Below are positions 10,004 through 18,448 of a DNA stretch of 62,854 nucleotides, in pieces (positions within the stretch are counted from its first letter, which is position 1; each line of letters begins with the position of its first letter). The stretch is from positions 1-62,854 of the forward strand of contig CALCSS010000024.1 of the NCBI GenBank assembly GCA_937893835.1. The letters are read 5' to 3'. The position numbers and the translations under genes are program-made. The stretch is from an uncultured Fidelibacterota bacterium. GTDB taxonomy: Bacteria > Fidelibacterota > Marinisomatia > Marinisomatales > UBA1611. The notes beneath the pieces were generated by a model, which was given only the letters and a program-made list of their open reading frames with translations, was not told the origin of the DNA and searched no databases.

Positions 10004-13000
10004 TTATTTGAGATAGATCAATTTTTGTACATTGCTTGATCTCTTTAGATCAAGTTTAGCAAAATAGATTCCAGTACCCACATGGTGACCGTGTTCATTT
10101 TCACCATTCCATTTTATCAAATGTCTTCCTGTACCAAAATGTACTAAGGGGAATTCTCTAACTTTTTCACCAAGTACATTGAATATCACTATGGTCGAAT
10201 TGATTGGAGATGAAAGTTCGAATGGTATGTTCACTGCTCCATTGAATGGATTGGGATATGCAGGCATTAAGGCGTGCATGGTGGGAATATTATTTTCTTG
10301 ATCATCGTTGTTGAGATAATTTGAATTTTGTGAACCAGGGGAACCATAATTTGATGAATTTGACCAAGACTCTGCCAATGAATTGTCAAGATTGGAGTTT
10401 ATCAACTCTAGTGTTGGACCACTTCCATCTGGCTCTGGGGGCCAGGGCGCGTCATCATCGTAATTGACAGAATCGATCAAAACGCCTTCCGCATCATAGA
10501 TCCTCACCTCATCACCACCGCCACCTAGGCCAAAATCAAAAGGACCAATGACAGATATGTCATTAGAAAAATGATCAAAGAAAGTAGACGGATCATCAGA
10601 AATGATCAAGTAATGTTCGCTCAAAAGGATGGTTTCATCTGGAAAAGCATATGAATGGTCATCATCTTCATCTTTAAATGTCCATCCAGAAATATCAAGA
10701 TCCATTTCGCCTGGATTATAAACCTCTATCCAATCACCAGATTCATGGTCGTCACTTGAATTATAATTGATCTCATTGATAACCAGAGACCCAGGGCTTA
10801 GCTCGGTAGGCAAAAAAATGGCCGTTAATGTCATACCATCTGATACGTTCACTTTCATTGTGATGTTGGAATCTGGGAACTCAAGCCAGTGACTGAATTC
10901 AAAACCGTCATTCTGCTCTGCCCTTACCTCGATCGGAATGGTAGGAAAATAATAGCCATGCCAGTTTGTCTCAGAGATGTCAAGGGTATTTAGTTTGACA
11001 GACCCTCCGAATTCAGGGGCCATGGCTATTGTGACCTGAGATATGTTTGGTAGGTCAAACTCATCTCTCAAGTGAATGATCGCCCGAGGTCTTCTAATAT
11101 TGGAAAAGTCCTCCATTACATCCAGTCTATATTCCCAATTGGTGGTGGAGTTGGGCCAATTACCATCATTGTACCACCTAGAACGATGTATTGGGATCAT
11201 ATCTTCGACATTGCCTGCAATCGAGTCAAGGCTGGCGATCAGAAATTCTGGCATGAAAACAGTATTGAGCATGTCACAGTAAATATTTATGAATGAATCC
11301 CTAAAATGGCCATTCTCCATAAGCCTTCTAAATACAAAGGTGCTCCAAGGAGGATTGGGCCACCCAGGTCCGTTTGGATCTAGCGCAAAGGCCAGAGTAT
11401 TATAATTATATGCATTTGGATCCCAGATGCCAAAACCAAAGTCGGTATCATAGAGTATCCATCGCCATTTTCCTCCAACGCGGTGATCTCTCCAAAACTT
11501 GATATTATTTCCCGGCCAATCTCTATTGTCCACAAATATCTGGAATGCCTGATAACTCATATATGATTCAATATCGATCCAGTTCTGAAGAGCATTTTGA
11601 ACAATGGGATCATTCATGTCCTGCGTGTCTAGATAATTGATCAATATCTTATAATCTGCATTCGTACCATGTACAATATTCTCGTCATTTACTCCTTGTA
11701 TGTCCAAGAGGTCTATGTTCTCCGGAGAGATCGAGTGATTTGATGATAGAAAATGTTCATTCACTTTTTCTCTTATATTTTGAATGCCCCAGAATTCCCC
11801 ATTGATATATAATGTCGCTGGTCGATATCTCTGATGATCAATGTCGAGGCCTTCTGTCAGACTTGTAATGAATCCATCTCTCAAAATAGTTGATTCCCAA
11901 TCGTTTCCTGAATTGCGCAAAACGAATGCCTCATAGTTATCGATATCCGAATCTGGGAACAATTGATAATCAAAGGTACTTGGGCCAATGTAGCTTCTAG
12001 AAAAGATCGACAGGGATTTTTGTGGGAATGCCCTGCTCCAGCCACCAAATATCTTTGCCCCTGCATCTGCAGCATACCCTGAACCATCAACCTCCAATAT
12101 CTCAAAGTGTATGGGTCGTTCCCAATCTTCCCAAAAATTAGCGCCAAAGTAAGGGAAGTTCCATACGTCAGCATTTGGACCCATGACATACATTCCAGTA
12201 TCTTCATCAAAGAAACTATTCGGGTCAGTTGAAATGAATATGGCTGGTAGTCCAATAGGAGGGTCCTCATCCAATAGGAATGTCTTGGTACTAATGTCAG
12301 AGGGGACCCAACCATCTAAAAAGGTGCGGGCCCTCAATACTGTAGAAGCATCAATGACAATCGGATATTCGTATGTTAGGTCGGAGGTGGTTGGAATCGT
12401 ACCATCTGTGGTAAAGTAGATCAATGCTGTCTCATCATCAATACTTGTTAATTCAATGGCGAGTTGGCTCTGATCATAAAATCCAGATTCCAATGAGAAC
12501 TCAGGTGTGGATAATGACCCTAGATAGGATGGGGTAGTATTTGAAGACCCAGGAGTCGGTTCATTGAATAAGGCCCATGATTCACCCTCAAGGTATCTAC
12601 CAAATGACATGTCCGTATCAAGATTCTCGATAGTGATCGAGTCAATGATGGTCTCCACAGGATCACTGATCAATATGGTCTCATCTTCCGAGCTAAGCCT
12701 GAAGTTGGTATGTAAAAAAGAATTTGGAATAGGCATTGATCCATGTGGGTCTGATATATCATCTATTTCTGTATCATACCCTAGAGTAAGGAATGGTATG
12801 CAACTCATATCAGAGGAGTTATTGGTATAATTGTGAACTTGAATTGCCAATGTGTTTGTTCCTTCAAGTATTGGAAATGTACTCAGATCCATATTTATTT
12901 CTTCAGGGAAACCCCCAGAATAGATCTCTGCCTCATGTAGATCTGTTGCCGTTGTATTATGGTAAACGATCGAACCGGATTCTCCTAGGTTTCTGCGCGA

Positions 13001-13591
13001 GAACTCAACCCCATTCAGATAGGCGATATAACCATCATCATAATCAATATGGAACAAGGCTTTTTGAATGATGGTTGGGTCCTCAACCTCAAATTCCTTT
13101 CTAACATAAACGCTGAGCACTTGCGGTGTCTCTGTATTGTCATCATCATCACCATAGCCAAACCCACTTTCTCCAGTAGACCAGAACTCAATATTTGTCT
13201 CAGTCAATTCCCAATTAGATACAGGAGCACTGGTCCCTATCCAATATGACCAAGTATCTCCCCAGTCGATCTTTGCGTCCCATTGGACCACGTAGTCCTT
13301 TCTATCTTTATCAGATGCGAAGACAACAAGGAAGTCATCTGGCTCTAAGGCAATGGAGGGGAAGGTCCATTTGGATAGGTCCTCCGGGTCATCTGTGAGC
13401 CCAAAGCCCAAGAGGTCTATTAATTCGTTAGTTGGATTATGTAGCTCTATCCAATCTGGGGTGTCGCCATCCTCATCATATAGATTATCCCCATTACTAG
13501 TGACGATCTCATTCAATCGAACCGATTGTCCAAAAGGAAGTGAGAAAATCAATAGAAGAAAAGATGATCTAATTAAATATCGCATGGGCAC
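10004..13591 (-). CDS. secreted CotH-kinase-family protein flanked by two lamin-tail domains (LTD), with T9SS C-terminal sorting domain
   Basis: LTD 'LNEIVTSNGDNLYDEDGDTPDWIELHNPT' (N-terminal) and 'LVINEINYNSSDDHESGDWIEVYNPG' (C-terminal). Central CotH-like region ('VLRNSGNDWESTILRDGF', 'NNIKFWRD'). CTD 'YPNPFNGAVNIPFEL...GIYFAKL...KLIYLK' at 10004-10261. Confidence 0.8.
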   Translation of the reverse strand: MPMRYLIRSSFLLLIFSLPFGQSVRLNEIVTSNGDNLYDEDGDTPDWIELHNPTNELIDLLGFGLTDDPEDLSKWTFPSIALEPDDFLVVFASDKDRKDYVVQWDAKIDWGDTWSYWIGTSAPVSNWELTETNIEFWSTGESGFGYGDDDDNTETPQVLSVYVRKEFEVEDPTIIQKALFHIDYDDGYIAYLNGVEFSRRNLGESGSIVYHNTTATDLHEAEIYSGGFPEEINMDLSTFPILEGTNTLAIQVHNYTNNSSDMSCIPFLTLGYDTEIDDISDPHGSMPIPNSFLHTNFRLSSEDETILISDPVETIIDSITIENLDTDMSFGRYLEGESWALFNEPTPGSSNTTPSYLGSLSTPEFSLESGFYDQSQLAIELTSIDDETALIYFTTDGTIPTTSDLTYEYPIVIDASTVLRARTFLDGWVPSDISTKTFLLDEDPPIGLPAIFISTDPNSFFDEDTGMYVMGPNADVWNFPYFGANFWEDWERPIHFEILEVDGSGYAADAGAKIFGGWSRAFPQKSLSIFSRSYIGPSTFDYQLFPDSDIDNYEAFVLRNSGNDWESTILRDGFITSLTEGLDIDHQRYRPATLYINGEFWGIQNIREKVNEHFLSSNHSISPENIDLLDIQGVNDENIVHGTNADYKILINYLDTQDMNDPIVQNALQNWIDIESYMSYQAFQIFVDNRDWPGNNIKFWRDHRVGGKWRWILYDTDFGFGIWDPNAYNYNTLAFALDPNGPGWPNPPWSTFVFRRLMENGHFRDSFINIYCDMLNTVFMPEFLIASLDSIAGNVEDMIPIHRSRWYNDGNWPNSTTNWEYRLDVMEDFSNIRRPRAIIHLRDEFDLPNISQVTIAMAPEFGGSVKLNTLDISETNWHGYYFPTIPIEVRAEQNDGFEFSHWLEFPDSNITMKVNVSDGMTLTAIFLPTELSPGSLVINEINYNSSDDHESGDWIEVYNPGEMDLDISGWTFKDEDDDHSYAFPDETILLSEHYLIISDDPSTFFDHFSNDISVIGPFDFGLGGGGDEVRIYDAEGVLIDSVNYDDDAPWPPEPDGSGPTLELINSNLDNSLAESWSNSSNYGSPGSQNSNYLNNDDQENNIPTMHALMPAYPNPFNGAVNIPFELSSPINSTIVIFNVLGEKVREFPLVHFGTGRHLIKWNGENEHGHHVGTGIYFAKLDLKRSSNVQKLIYLK

Positions 13592-13616
13592 TTGATTCTG
13601 TTGAAGATCAATTTAA

Positions 13617-15650
13617 TTAATAACTAAGTCCGTGTCCAAATGGGAAAAGTGGATCGTAGTCTTGGTCTCCTTCATTTAGGGGTAATTGTCCAGTATCTCG
13701 GGGCCAAGAAAAACTAAGTTTCCCTGTTGGTGAGAAATCTCCAAAAAGCACGTCTGACACGCCCTCGCCTGCCATGCCTGGTAGCCAGGCCGCGATGAAC
13801 CCGTTCCATCTATCGACATGGTCCTTAATGACCAGTGGCCTTCCTGATAGTATGATGACAATGACCTGATTACCAGATTTATAGCATCTTTCAAGAACTG
13901 CCTCATCGAAGCTATTTAGTCCAATGGTTGGACTATCACCATAACCCTCAGCATAGGGATATTCGCCGATCACTGCGATAACCACACCATCTTTTGACAA
14001 ATTATCTGCTCTTGGGTCGTAGGTGACCGAGCCTTTCCCATCTGTTGCTTCCATTATCCCTTCTAGTATGCTCGTTCCACTTGGCTGAAATGGAGATGAT
14101 CTCTCATAAAGTTCAAATTCATTCTTATTGACAGACCCATCTGAATTCTTGTCCATATTATTAAAGAATGAGCTTGCATTTCCAGCATCATATTTTGCAT
14201 CGTATATCCCCTTGAAATAAGAGGACACCTCTTTGGAGTTGATGGTGCCGTTACCATTCTGGTCCAGTATCTCAAGATCTGGTCTGGTCTTCCCCTGCCA
14301 CTCAACGGTCCATCCTCCGTTTTGCATTCCTAGATTATTTGCCCCTGATCCCACGATCGTGATCTTTTCATCTTTTTTCAGTGGCAGAACATTTGATTCA
14401 TTTTTCATTAATACCATACTCATCCTCACAGCATCGCGTGCTACTTGTCGATGGTCCTTAGATCCAACCTGATCTACGTATTCGATATTCCCATATGGAG
14501 ATTCAAATAGATCCAGATCGTATTTTACGCGTAGTATCCTGGTCACTGCTTCATCGATCCTTGATATGGGGATGGAACCTTCCTCGACCGATTCTTTCAA
14601 TAGATCAATGAAGGTCTTATAATGATTTTGTCCATAAAGCGATCCAGGGACCATGACCAGGTCGATGCCAGCATTGATCGATGTGATGATATCAGATTTG
14701 TAGTCACCAGGGATCTCATCGATGCCTGCCCAATCTGTCACTACGAGCCCCTCGAATCCGAGTTCGGTCTTTAATAGGTCATTGATCAAATATTTACTTC
14801 CGTGACATTTGATTCCATTCCAACTATTGAAACTGATCATTACTGTCTTGACGCCCGCCCTTATAGCCTCTAGATAGGGAGGGAGATGAACCTTTCTGAG
14901 CTCTTCCTCGGTTAGGCGCGTGTCCCCTCTATCAATCTTATAGGTGTGTATTCCTTCCTCTAGAGAACCGGTCTCCCAACTGGTTCCTCCATCACCTATG
15001 AAGTGTTTTGCGCAAGCGGCGATCTTCCTTCCGTCAAAGATGTCCAAGGCATCCTCATAGCCGGTTATCGCGGCATGGGAGAGTCTGGTAACTATCTCAG
15101 TGGACTCACTGAACCCCTCATATTGCCTACCCCAACGGTCGTCTTGAGGCACCGTGATGCAAGGTGAGAATGTCCAGTGGAGGCCTGTGGCAGCAACCTC
15201 AACAGCTGTGGCGTGATTCACCCTATATATCAGGTCAGGGTTATTACTACAACCGAGGCCGATATTATGCGGGAATACGGTTGCCCCAACAACATTATTG
15301 TGACCATGTACTGCGTCTATGCCATATACCAGAGGTATCTTGAGCCGCGTTGAAAGAGCCTGTCCTTGATAGCTGTTGATCATATTGACCCATCCTTTGG
15401 GGGTATTGTCATCAGGGACCGACCCACCTCCACTGAGGATGGAACCCAAAAAATACTTTGCTATGTCTTCTTCGCTGTCCAACATTCTCTTGTCCACTTG
15501 GGTCATCTGTCCGACCTTCTCATCAAGCGTCATCTTTTGTACAAGTTCTTCAACAAAACGTTCTCTTTGATGGTCTGTGCCTGTACATCCACTTATGAGG
15601 ATGCCAAACATCAATAAGTTGATCATTCTATAAACTGTTTTCATTTGCAT
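13617..15650 (-). CDS. GH3 exo-beta-glucosidase / glucan exohydrolase (ExoI/BglX-type) lipoprotein with an inserted EF-hand pair
   Basis: 'KVGQMTQV', 'GIDAVHGHNNV', 'KHFIGDGGT', nucleophile block 'GLVVTDWAGID', 'GGWTVEWQG', 'AAWLPGMAGEGVSDVLFGD'. Lipobox 'LISGC'. Confidence 0.9.
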   Translation of the reverse strand: MQMKTVYRMINLLMFGILISGCTGTDHQRERFVEELVQKMTLDEKVGQMTQVDKRMLDSEEDIAKYFLGSILSGGGSVPDDNTPKGWVNMINSYQGQALSTRLKIPLVYGIDAVHGHNNVVGATVFPHNIGLGCSNNPDLIYRVNHATAVEVAATGLHWTFSPCITVPQDDRWGRQYEGFSESTEIVTRLSHAAITGYEDALDIFDGRKIAACAKHFIGDGGTSWETGSLEEGIHTYKIDRGDTRLTEEELRKVHLPPYLEAIRAGVKTVMISFNSWNGIKCHGSKYLINDLLKTELGFEGLVVTDWAGIDEIPGDYKSDIITSINAGIDLVMVPGSLYGQNHYKTFIDLLKESVEEGSIPISRIDEAVTRILRVKYDLDLFESPYGNIEYVDQVGSKDHRQVARDAVRMSMVLMKNESNVLPLKKDEKITIVGSGANNLGMQNGGWTVEWQGKTRPDLEILDQNGNGTINSKEVSSYFKGIYDAKYDAGNASSFFNNMDKNSDGSVNKNEFELYERSSPFQPSGTSILEGIMEATDGKGSVTYDPRADNLSKDGVVIAVIGEYPYAEGYGDSPTIGLNSFDEAVLERCYKSGNQVIVIILSGRPLVIKDHVDRWNGFIAAWLPGMAGEGVSDVLFGDFSPTGKLSFSWPRDTGQLPLNEGDQDYDPLFPFGHGLSY
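14118..14264 (-). other. two canonical EF-hand Ca2+-binding loops inside the GH3 (insert spans about 14079-14291)
   Basis: Loops 'DQNGNGTINSKE' (14229-14264) and 'DKNSDGSVNKNE' (14118-14153). Both satisfy D-x-[DN]-x-[DN]-G-x-[IV]-x-x-x-E. Confidence 0.75.
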
Positions 15651-16635
15651 GGGTCCTTCTTTTTACCATTTCTACTGGAAGCAGTGTGGTGGTTGAATTG
15701 GTCTTTTTTTCATTATTATCTCTGATCTTTGATCTTAGGGATTCAAGTGATGCTTCTGCCAAAAGATCCAGGTCTGTGCCAATTGTTGATAGTTTTGGAT
15801 AAAATACCTTGCTATAGGGCATGTTATCGTATCCGACCATCCCAAAATCCCCAGGTATGGCCATTCCATTTTCCAAGGCAGTATGTAAAAATCCAAGTGC
15901 CATTTGGTCATTTGATGAGAATATGCCCAATCCTCTCGTTCCATTTTGTCGTATGTCTTTGAAAGCTGTCTCTCCAGAGGCAAATGAATAATCTCCTTGG
16001 AATTCCCAATCAATTTTAAATCCACTCTTTTGCAGTGCATCACTGAATCCATTTTTTCTGAGATTTGCCTCCCATTTTATCATTGGACCAGTGATGATAC
16101 CAAAATTCTTAAAGCCTGCATCGATCAATGTCTTCCCAGCCAATCTGCCTCCTTCATATGAATCAAATGTGATGGTCGGAAGTATGTTCCCATCAACAGG
16201 GGCAATAGAGATAATGGGGAATGGCCGGACCTTATTTAAGATCTTTTCATAGTCTTCACTGACCAGGGTGGGTGCCATTAATATGATCCCATCATGGAAC
16301 TTGGACACCAGATGTATCTTTTCGACAAGGTTGGAGGAATGTTTTGCAGAATGTATGCTGATCTGGATGTTCATCTTCGATGCGATCCTATCAAAGCTCT
16401 CATAGAGGCAAGAGTAGAACTCCTCTGCATCATGCTGAGTGACCATCGCCATCTCAATGGGGATGTCTATGTTGCTGTACTGATTTAAGGATATCTTATA
16501 ACCAAGATCTCTTGCTGTATGGATGATGTCATATACGCTTTGCGAGCGGCCCTTCGCCTTCCCTGAAAGTACTCTGGAAACGGTTGCGACCGAATATCCG
16601 GATCTGATTGCTATGTCTTCTAACTTAACCTTCAT
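15628..16635 (-). CDS. LacI-family transcriptional regulator
   Basis: HTH 'KLEDIAIRSGYSVATVSRVLSG' plus a periplasmic-binding-fold C-terminal domain. I prefer ATG at 16633-16635 over the track's TTG at 16641. The 3' end overlaps the GH3 start by 23 nt. Confidence 0.85.
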   Translation of the reverse strand: MKVKLEDIAIRSGYSVATVSRVLSGKAKGRSQSVYDIIHTARDLGYKISLNQYSNIDIPIEMAMVTQHDAEEFYSCLYESFDRIASKMNIQISIHSAKHSSNLVEKIHLVSKFHDGIILMAPTLVSEDYEKILNKVRPFPIISIAPVDGNILPTITFDSYEGGRLAGKTLIDAGFKNFGIITGPMIKWEANLRKNGFSDALQKSGFKIDWEFQGDYSFASGETAFKDIRQNGTRGLGIFSSNDQMALGFLHTALENGMAIPGDFGMVGYDNMPYSKVFYPKLSTIGTDLDLLAEASLESLRSKIRDNNEKKTNSTTTLLPVEMVKRRTHANENSL

Positions 16636-16690
16636 TTGCAAAAAAATTTAAAGTTTATAAAAATAATTTGCAAAGTTTTACATTTTCAAG

Positions 16691-16720
16691 TTAGGTTTAC
16701 CTGAATATCAGAAAACCTAA
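16691..16720. promoter_or_regulatory. 8-bp perfect inverted repeat TTAGGTTT-N14-AAACCTAA in the divergent LacI / symporter intergenic region
   Basis: Read directly from the sequence. The location fits an operator, but an 8-bp stem is near chance expectation for a window of this size. Confidence 0.3.
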
Positions 16721-16744
16721 GCCTAAATACGCATATAATGGTCG

Positions 16745-16756
16745 TTGAACGTTATG
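16745..16756. promoter_or_regulatory. CG-centred imperfect palindrome TTGAACGTTATG, LacI-family operator-like
   Basis: Core AACGTT with flanks resembling the TGAAACGTTTCA-type half sites of LacI/PurR/FruR-family operators. Lies about 25 nt upstream of the symporter start. Confidence 0.3.
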
Positions 16757-16780
16757 TGCTATACCTTGAGAAGATAAACT

Positions 16781-18412
16781 ATGGATAATTTTGCCCTTCT
16801 AAGTTTTGTGCTCGCAACTGCCTCGGTTGCTTTTTTCACATACCATATCGTGCAGAAGATGCAACGATCTGATAACGCCGCCGAAGAATATTTTACTGGC
16901 GGCCGTGCCTTGAGCTGGCCGGTTGTTGCCGGATCACTATTGTTGACGAATCTGTCTACTGAGCAATTGGTAGGTCTAAATGGAGACGTGTTTGGTGACA
17001 AGGTACTTGTAGGGGTTGCATGGGAGGCCCTCGCTGCATTTGCCATGATCGCAACTGCCTTGATCTTTCTTCCACGATATCTAGCAAGCGGATTCACAAC
17101 AACTCCTGCTTTTCTAGAGAAGAGATTTGACAAGACGACCCGATCCATGGTATCGGGTTTGTTTTTATTTGGATATGTTACGGTTCTTCTGCCTGTGGTA
17201 TTATACACTGGGTCACTTGCACTAAAGGGCATGTTCGATCTTGAATATCCCATCTGGATGATCGCTGCGACCATTGGTGTTCTTGGTAGTTCCTATGCGA
17301 TCTTTGGTGGATTGAAATCAGTCGCCGTGAGCGATACATTGAATGGCATTGGACTTCTGATCGGAGGATTGGCAATACCCGCTCTTGCGCTTGCAAAACT
17401 TGGCGATGGTTCGTTCATGGATGGACTCTCAACACTATTCAATTCAAAGCCTGAGTATCTTGCGGTACTTACCAAGACAAACGTAGATGATAAGGTGGTC
17501 TCTGTTCCTTGGCCTACCTTGTTGACAGGTATGATGTTCATACAGGTCTTTTACTGGTCCACGAATCAGGTGATCGTCCAGCGTGCAATGGCGGCCAAGA
17601 GTCTTGCAGAAGGGCAGAAGGGAGTGCTCTTTGCCTCTGCCATGAAATTGGTTGGTCCCATCATGCTCTGTCTGCCAGGCATCATCGCTCTTCACATGAC
17701 GGACGTGCTGGACATTACAAAACAGGATCAGGTCTACGGGGCAGTTGTTAAACATGTTTTGCCGGACTGGTCCATAGGTCTATTTGCCGCAGTGCTCTTG
17801 GGATCCATTCTCAGTTCATTCAATAGTGCATTGAACAGTGCATCCACATTGTTCAGTCTTCAATTCTATAAGGGCTACATCAATAAAGGCGCTTCAGATG
17901 ATGAGATAGTAAGGACAGGAAAAAACTTCGGGATCATCCTTGCGGTAGCATCCATCATCATCGCACCTCTCCTGGCTCAGATGGAATCGATCTTCACATA
18001 TCTTCAAAAGGTGAATGGTCTTTATAGTGTGCCTATCATTGGAATTTTCATGCTTGGAGTGGGCACAAGGCATGTCCCCGCGATCGCAGCAAAGGTGGGT
18101 ATGGTCGTTGGAATGGTAGCCTATGCATTTTTTACATTTGTGAATATAAGTGATGTTCCAACATTTTTTGCCAATGGCGCTGGTGACCTTCACTGGCTGC
18201 ATGGTTATTTCATCAGTTTTATTCTTTCAGTCGGTGTCATGCTTGTAATAGGACACCTGCAACCCAAGACGGATGCAGAGATGGACGCCAGTGATGAGAG
18301 AGACCCTGCCCCGGTTGATATGACGCCATGGGAACATGCGAGGAATGTATCCTACGCGATCATGGGGTCAACGGTTGGAATATATCTACTGCTTACACTA
18401 GCATCAAATTAG
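16781..18412 (+). CDS. sodium:solute symporter (SSS family, SGLT-like sugar transporter)
   Basis: 543 aa with about 13-14 hydrophobic segments. 'YFTGGRALSWPV' and 'GGLKSVAVSDTLNGIG' are typical of SSS transporters. Confidence 0.9.
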   Translation: MDNFALLSFVLATASVAFFTYHIVQKMQRSDNAAEEYFTGGRALSWPVVAGSLLLTNLSTEQLVGLNGDVFGDKVLVGVAWEALAAFAMIATALIFLPRYLASGFTTTPAFLEKRFDKTTRSMVSGLFLFGYVTVLLPVVLYTGSLALKGMFDLEYPIWMIAATIGVLGSSYAIFGGLKSVAVSDTLNGIGLLIGGLAIPALALAKLGDGSFMDGLSTLFNSKPEYLAVLTKTNVDDKVVSVPWPTLLTGMMFIQVFYWSTNQVIVQRAMAAKSLAEGQKGVLFASAMKLVGPIMLCLPGIIALHMTDVLDITKQDQVYGAVVKHVLPDWSIGLFAAVLLGSILSSFNSALNSASTLFSLQFYKGYINKGASDDEIVRTGKNFGIILAVASIIIAPLLAQMESIFTYLQKVNGLYSVPIIGIFMLGVGTRHVPAIAAKVGMVVGMVAYAFFTFVNISDVPTFFANGAGDLHWLHGYFISFILSVGVMLVIGHLQPKTDAEMDASDERDPAPVDMTPWEHARNVSYAIMGSTVGIYLLLTLASN

Positions 18413-18448
18413 AATTAATTAAAATGGAAAAAACAAGGAGTTAACAAA

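Noticed and set aside
16759-17274. 171-aa antisense ORF overlapping the symporter. Similar long antisense ORFs occur at 11881-12315, 46136-46498, 60919-61467 and 17444-17755.
   Set aside because: They lie entirely inside well-supported genes on the opposite strand. They have low-complexity or Arg/Pro/Ser-biased composition, no motifs and no RBS. These are typical shadow ORFs.
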